NCBI RefSeq assembly: GCF_009914755.1
Contig: NC_060935.1
DNA: 64,000 nt
Source: the human T2T-CHM13v2.0 reference genome, Homo sapiens
Direction: 5' to 3' (one strand)
Within the stretch, counting starts at the first letter, position 1, and each line of letters starts with the position of its first letter. Positions 56,901-64,000 of the stretch are shown in pieces. The translations under genes and the position numbers were made by a program. The notes beneath the pieces were generated by a model. That model saw only the letters and a list, made by a program, of their open reading frames with translations. It was not told the DNA's origin and searched no databases.

Positions 56901-59695
56901 AAACTAGATGGAAGCATTCTCAGAAACTACTCTGTGATGATTGCATTCGACTCACAGAGTTGAACATTCCTATAGATAGAGCAGGTTGTAAACAGTCTTT
57001 TTGTAGAATCTGCGATTGGAGATTTGGACTGCTTTGAGGCCTACTGTAGTAAAGGAAATAACTTCATCTAAAAACCAAACGGAAGCATTCACAGACAATT
57101 CTTAGTGATCATTGGATTGAACTAACAGAGCTGAACATTCCTTTAGATGGAGCAGTTTCCAAACCCACTTTCTGTAGAATCTGCAAGTGGATATTTGGAC
57201 CTCTCTGAGGATTTCGTTGGAAAAGGGATATGCTTCCCAGAACTACACGGAAGTATTCTGAGAAACTTCTTCGTGATGGTTGCATTCAACTCACAGTGTT
57301 GAACCTTGCTTTCATAGTTCAGCTTTCAAACACTCTTTTTGTAGAATCTGCAAGTGGATATTTGGACCATTTTGTGGCCTTCCTTCGAAACGGGTATATC
57401 TTCACATCAAACCTTGACAGAAGCATTCTCAGAATGTTTCCTGTGATGACTGCATTCAACTCACAGAGGTGAACAATCCTGCTGATGGAGCAGTTTTGAA
57501 ACTCTCTTTCTTTGGATTCTGCAAGTGGATATGTGGACCTCTGTGAAGATTTCGTTGGAAACGGGTTCATCTTCACAGAAAAACTAAACAGGAGCATTCT
57601 CAGAAACTGCTTTGTGATGTTTGTGTTCCACTTCAGGAATTGAACTTTCCTCTTGACAGAGCAGCTCTGAAACCCTCTTTTTCTAGAATCTGCAAGTGGA
57701 CATTTGGAGGGCTTTGAGGCCTGTGGTGGAAAAGGAAAATCTTCACATAAAAACTAGATGGAAGCATTCTCAGAAACTACTTTGTGATGATTGCATTCGA
57801 CTCAAAGAGTTGAACATTCCTGTAGATAGAGCAGGTTGTAAACAATCTTTTTGTAGAATCTGCGATTGGAGATTTGGACTGCTTTGAGGCCTACTCTAGT
57901 AAAGGAAATAACTTCATCTAAAAACCAAACGGAAGCATTCACAGACAATTCTTAGTGATCATTGGATTGAACTAACAGAGCTGAACATTCCCTTAGATGG
58001 CACCGTTTCCAAACACACTTTCTGTAGAATCTGCAAGTGGATATTTGGACCTCTCTGAGGATTTCGTTGGAAACGGGATAAACTTCCCAGAACTACACGG
58101 AAGCATTCTGAGAAACTTCTTTGTGATGTTTGCATTCAACTCACAGAGTTGAACCTTGCTTTCATAGTTCAGCTTTCAAACACTCTTTTTGTAGAATCTG
58201 CAAGTGGATATTTGGACCACTTTGTGGCCTTCCTTCGAAACGGGTATATATTCACATCAAACCTAGACAGAAGCATTCTCAGAATGTTTCCTGTGATGAC
58301 TGCATTCAACTCACAGAGGTGAACAATCCTGTTGATGGAGACGTTTTGAAACTCCCTTTCTTTTGATTCTGCAAGTGGATATGTGGAACTCTGTGAAGAT
58401 TTCGTTGGAAACGGGTTCATCTTCACAGAAAAATTAACAGGAGCATTCTCAGAAACTGCTTTGTGATGTTTGTGTTCCACTTCAAGAATTGAACTTTCCT
58501 CTTGACAGAGCAGCTCTGAAACCCTCTTTTTCTAGAATCTGCTAGTGGACATTTGGAGGGCTTTGAGGCCTGTGGTGGAAAAGGAAAATCTTCCCATAAA
58601 AACTAGATGGAAGCATTCTCAGAAACTACTTTGTGATGATTGCATTCGACTCACAGAGTTGAACATTCCTATAGATAGAGCAGGTTGTAAACAATCTTTT
58701 TGTAGAATCTGCGATTGGAGATTTTGACTGCTTTGAGGCCTACTGTAGTAAAGGAAATAACTTCATCTAAAAACCAAACGGAAGCATTCACAGACAATTC
58801 TTAGTGATCATTGGATTGAACAAACAGAGCTGAACATTCCTTTAGATAGAGCAGTTTCCAAACACACTTTCTGTAGAATCTGCAAGTGGATATTTGGACT
58901 TCTCTGAGGATTTCGTTGGAAACGGGATAAACTTCCCAGAACTACACGGAAGCATTCTGAGAAACTTCTTTGTGATGTTTGCATTCAACTCACAGAGTTG
59001 AAACTTGCTTTCATAGTTCAGCTTTGAAACACTCTTTTTGTAGAATCTGCAAGTGGATATTTGGACCACTTTGTGGCCTTCCTTCGAAACGGGTATATCT
59101 TCACATCAAACCTAGACAGAAGCATTCTCAGAATGTTTCCTGTGATGACTGCATTCAACTCACAGAGGTGAACAATCCTGTTGATGGAGCAGTTTTGAAA
59201 CTCTCTTTCTTTGGATTCTGCAAGTGGATATGTGGACCTCTGTGAAGATTTCGTTGGAAACGGGTTCATCTTCACAGAAAAACTAAACAGGAGCATTCTC
59301 AGAAACTGCTTTGTGATGTTTGTGTTCCACTTCAAGAATTGAACTTTCCTCTTGACAGAGCAGCTCTGAAACCCTCTTTTTCTAGAATCTGCAAGTGGAC
59401 ATTTGGAGGGCTTTGAGGCCTCTGGTGGAAAAGGAAAATCTTCACATAAAAACTAGATGGAAGCATTCTCAGAAACTACTTTGTGATGATTGCATTCGAC
59501 TCACAGAGTTGAACATTCCTATAGATAGAGCAGGTTGTAAACAATCTTTTTGTAGAATCTGCGATTGGAGATTTGGACTGCTTTGAGGCCTACTGTAGTA
59601 AAGGAAATAACTTCATCTAAAAACCAAACGGAAGCATTCACAGACAATGCTTAGTGATCATTGGATTGAACTAACAGAGCTGAACATTCCTTTAG
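50941..59695 (+). repeat. Tandem duplication of a 5-HOR block (period 4249)
   Basis: TTAGGTGG, CAATTCAC, ACAATGTT, ATTCCACT, GGAAAAGGGATATGC, CTACTCTAG, GGAGACG, GAAACTTG and CTTTGAAAC repeat at +4249; no difference seen between copies. Confidence 0.92.
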
Positions 59696-62600
59696 ATGGA
59701 GCAGTTTCCAAACACACTTTCTGTAGAATCTGCAAGTGGATATTTGGACCTCTCTGAGGATTTCGTTGGAAACGGGATATACTTCCGAGAACTACACGGA
59801 AGTATTCTGAGAAACTTCTTTGTGATGTTTGCATTCAACTCACCGAGTTGAACCTTGCTTTCATAGTTCAGCTTTCAAACACTCTTTTTGTAGAATCTGC
59901 AAGTGGATATTTGGACCACTTTGTGGCCTTCCTTCGAAACGGATATATCTTCACATGAAACCTAGACAGAAGCATTCTCAGAATGTTTCCTGTGATGACT
60001 GCATTCAACTCACAGAGGTGAACAATCCTGCTGATGGAGCAGTTTTGAAACTCTCTTTCTTTGGATTCTGCAAGTGGATATGTGGACCTCTGTGAAGATT
60101 TCGTTGGAAAAGTGTTCATCTTCACAGAAAAACTAAAGAGGAGCATTCTCAGAAACTGCTTTGTGATGTTTGTGTTCCACTTCAGGAATTGAACTTTCCT
60201 CTTGACAGAGCAGCTCTGAAACCCTCTTTTTCTGGAATCTGCAAGTGGACATTTGGAGGGCTTTGAGGCCTGTGGTGGAAAAGGAAAATCTTCACATAAA
60301 AACTAGATGGAAGCATTCTCAGAAACTACTTTGTGATGATTGCATTCGACTCACAGAGTTGAACATTCCTATAGATAGAGCAGGTTGTAAACAATCTTTT
60401 TGTAGAATCTGCGATTGGAGATTTGGACTGCTTTGAGGCCTACTGTAGTAAAGTAAATAACTTCATCTAAAAACCAAACGGAAGCATTCACAGACAATTC
60501 TTAGTGATCATTGGATTGAACTAACAGAGCTGAACATTCCCTTAGATGGCGCAGTTTCCAAACACACTTTCTGTAGAATCTGCAAGTGGATATTTGGACC
60601 TCTCTGAGGATTTCGTTGGAAAAGGGATAAACTTCCCAGAACTACACGGAAGCATTCTGAGAAACTTCTTTGTGATGTTTGCATTCAACTCACAGAGTTG
60701 AACCTTGCTTTCATAGTTCAGCTTTCAAACACTCTTTTTGTAGAATCTGCAAGTGGATATTTGGACCACTTTGTGGCCTTCCTTCGAAACGGGTATATCT
60801 TCACATCAAACCTAGACAGAAGCATTCTCAGAATGTTTCCTGTGATGACTGCATTCAACTCACAGAGGTGAACAATCCTGTTGATGGAGCAGATTTGAAT
60901 CTCTCTTTCTTTGGATTCTGCAAGTGGATATGTGGACCTCTGTGAAGATTTCGTTGGAAACGGGTTCATTTTCACAGAAAAACTAAACAGAAGCATTCTC
61001 AGAAACTGCTTTGTGATGTTTGTGTTCCACTTCAAGAATTGAACTTTCCTCTTGACAGAGCAGCTCTGAAACCCTCTTTTTCTAGAATGTGCAAGTGGAC
61101 ATTTGGAGGGCTTTGAGGCCTGTGGTGGAAAAGGAAAATCTTCACATAAAAACTAGATGGAAGCATTCTCAGAAACTACTTTGTGATGATTGCATTCGAC
61201 TCACAGAGTTGAACATTCCTATAGATAGAGCAGGTTGTAAACAATCTTTTTGTAGAATCTGCGATTGGAGATTTGGACTGCTTTGAGGCCTACTGTAGTA
61301 AAGGAAATAACTTCATCTAAAAACCAAACGGAAGCATTCACAGACAATTCTTAGTGATCATTGGATTGAACTAACAGAGCTGAACATTCCTTTAGATGGG
61401 GCAGTTTCCAAACACACTTTCTGTAGAATCTGCAAGTGGATATTTGGACTTCTCTGAGGATTTCGTTGGAAACGGGATAAAATTCCCAGAACTACACGGA
61501 AGCATTCTGAGAAACTTCTTTGTGATGTTTGCATTCAACTCACAGAGTTGAACCTTGCTTTCATAGTTCAGCTTTCAAACACTCTTTTTGTAGAATCTGC
61601 AAGTGGATATTTGGACCACTTTGTGGCCTTCCTTTGAAACGGGTATATCTTCACATCAAACCTAGACAGAAGCATTCTCAGAATGTTTCCTGTGATGACT
61701 GCATTCAACTCACAGAGGTGAACAATCCTGCTGATGGAGCAGTTTTGAAACTCTCTTTCTTTGGATTCTGCAAGTGGATATGTGGACCTCTGTGAAGATT
61801 TCGTTGGAAACGCGTTCATCTTCACAGAAAAACTAAACAGAAGCATTCTCAGAAACTGCTTTGTGATGTTTGTGTTCCACTTCAAGAATTGAACTTTCCT
61901 CTTGACAGAGCAGCTCTGAAACCCTCTTTTTCTAGAATCTGCAAGTGGACATTTGGAGGGCTTTGAGGCCTGTGGTGGAAAAGGAAAATCTTCACATAAA
62001 AACTAGATGGAAGCATTCTCAGAAACTACTTTGTGATGATTGCATTCGACTCACAGAGTTGAACATTCCTATAGATAGAGCAGGTTGTAAACAATTTTTT
62101 GTAGAATCTGCGATTGGAGATTTGGACTGCTTTGAGGCCTACTGTAGTAAAGGAAATAACTTCATCTAAAAACCAAACGGAAGCATTCACAGACAATTCT
62201 TAGTGATCATTGGATTGAACTAACAGAGCTGAACATTCCTTTAGATGGAGCAGTTTCCAAACACACTTTCTGTAGAATCTGCAAGTGGATATTTGGACCT
62301 CTCTGAGGATTTCGTTGGAAACGGGATAAACTTCCCAGAACTACATGGAAGCATTCTGAGAAACTTCTTTGGATGTTTGCATTCAACTCACAGAGTTGAA
62401 CCTTGCTTTCATAGTTCAGCTTTCAAACACTCTTTTTGTAGAATCTGCAATTGGATATTTGGACCACTTTGTGGCCTTCCTTCGAAACGGGTATATCTTC
62501 ACATCAAACCTAGACAGAAGCATTCTCAGAATGTTTCCTGTGATGACTGCATTCAACTCACAGAGGTGAACAATCCTTCTGATGGAGCAGTTTTGAAACT

Positions 62601-64000
62601 CTCTTTCTTTGGATTCTGCAAGTGGATATGTGGACCTCTGTGAAGATTTCGTTGGAAAAGGGTTCATCTTCACAGAAAAACTAAACAGGAGCATTCTCAG
62701 AAACTGCTTTGTGATGTTCGTGTTCCACTTCAAGAATTGAACTTTCCTCTTGACAGAGCAGCTCTGAAACCCTCTTTTTCTAGAATCTGCAAGTGGACAT
62801 TTGAAGGGCTTTGAGGCCTGTGGTGGAAAAGGAAAATCTTCACATAAAAACTAGATGGAAGCATTCTCAGAAACTACTCTGTGATGATTGCATTCGACTC
62901 ACGGAGTTGAACATTCCTATAGATAGAGCAGGTTGTAAACAATCTTTTTGTAGAATCTGCGATTGGAGATTTGGACTGCTTTGAGTCCTACTGTAGTAAA
63001 GGAAATAACTTCATCTAAAAACCAAACGGAAGCATTCACAGACAATTCTTAGTGATCATTGCATTGAACTAACAGAGCTGAACATTCCTTTAGATGGCGC
63101 AGTTTCCAAACACACTTTCTGTAGAATCTGCAAGTGGATATTTGGACCTCTCTGAGGATTTCGTTGGAAACGGGATAAACTTCCCAGAACTACACGGAAG
63201 CATTCTGAGAAAATTCTTTGTGATGTTTGCATTCAACTCACAGAGTTGAACCTTGCTTTCATAGTTCAGCTTTCAAACACTCTTTTTGTAGAATCTGCAA
63301 GTGGATATTTGGACCACTTTGTGGCCTTCCTTCGAAACGGGTATATCTTCACATCAAACCTAGACAGAAGCATTCTCAGAATGTTTCCTGTGATGACTGC
63401 ATTCAACTCACAGAGGTGAACAATCCTGTTGATGGAGCAGTTTTGAATCTCTCTTTCTTTGGATTCTGCAAGTGGATATGTGGACCTCTGTGAAGATTTC
63501 GTTGGAAACGGGTTCATGTTCACAGAAAAACTAAACAGAAGCATTCTCAGAAACTGCTTTGTGATGTTTGTGTTCCACTTCAAGAATTGAACTTTCCTCT
63601 TGACAGAGCAGCTCTGAAACCCTCTTTTTCTAGAATCTGCAAGTGGACATTTGGAGGGCTTTGAGGCCTGTGTTGGAAAAGGAAAATCTTCACATAACAA
63701 CTAGATGGAAGCATTCTCAGAAACTACTTTGTGATGATTGCATTCGACTCACAGAGTTGAACATTCCTATAGATAGAGCAGGTTGTAAACAATCTTTTTG
63801 TAGAATCTGCGATTGGAGATTTGGGCTGCTTTGAGGCCTACTGTAGTATAGGAAATAACTTCATCTAAAAACCAAATGGAAGCATTCACAGACAATTCTT
63901 AGTGATCATTGGATTGAACTAACAGAGCTGAACATTCCTTTAGATGGAACAGTTTCCAAACACACTTTCTGTAGAATCTGCAAGTGGATATTTGGACTTA

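Larger units (their letters stand above)
1..64000 (+). repeat. D11Z1: Centromeric alpha-satellite HOR array, ~850-bp pentamer, ~75 copies, same orientation; most likely human D11Z1 (SF3, chr11)
   Basis: Alphoid motifs (AGCATTCTCAGAAACT, TAGAATCTGCAAGTGGATATTTGG) recur every 168-171 bp. ORF-track anchors recur at 848-850 bp from 345 to 63227. CENP-B boxes are present, the B-B-B-A-A monomer order is typical of SF3, and there is one XbaI site per unit as in the 0.85-kb XbaI repeat of chr11. Alpha-satellite call is near certain; the chromosome assignment is from recall. Confidence 0.92.

Noticed and set aside
345-63834. About 220 short ORFs (MHSTHRVEP..., MDIWRALRP..., MKWNTNITK...) as a tandem gene family
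   Set aside because: They are translations of alpha satellite, recurring at the HOR period on both strands. Most start at TTG/GTG, they are freely broken by stops and frameshifts, and they show no recognisable domain.
1-64000. CRISPR-like repeat-spacer array
   Set aside because: There are no unique spacers; all intervening sequence is itself repeated every 850 bp, and there are no cas genes.
1-64000. Transposon insertion (L1/Alu), inversion or foreign DNA hidden in the array
   Set aside because: The 848-850 bp phase is unbroken across all 75 HORs, and the 18-bp total drift is fully explained by 1-bp deletions.
1-64000. Assignment to other SF3 arrays (DXZ1, D17Z1, D1Z5)
   Set aside because: Those have 12-, 16- and 11-monomer HORs; here near-identity recurs at 5 monomers (850 bp).

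Overview
The whole 64 kb window is one uninterrupted, single-orientation array of primate (human-type) centromeric alpha satellite. It consists of about 75.3 copies of an ~850-bp pentameric higher-order repeat (HOR; five monomers of ~167-171 bp), ordered B-box / degenerate B-box / B-box / A-box / A-box, with a consensus XbaI site once per HOR. This matches the suprachromosomal family 3 pentamer D11Z1 (S3C11H1L, chromosome 11 centromere); the assignment is from recall, not from a database search. There are no genes, transposons, inversions or monomer-number HOR variants, and all ORFs in the track are repeat artefacts. I found no support for a new gene-based system. The informative structure lies in the variants: (1) near-identical tandem block duplications of 1, 2, 3, 5 and 6 HORs; (2) dispersed block copies 12.7, 22 and 32-34 kb apart that keep an ordered series of HOR subtypes; (3) clustered loss of CENP-B boxes, against a ~27 kb stretch where none appear broken; (4) a perfect 11-bp inverted repeat framing one CENP-B box in most HORs; (5) length changes that are all 1-bp deletions. 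All variant calls were made by eye and need alignment to confirm.
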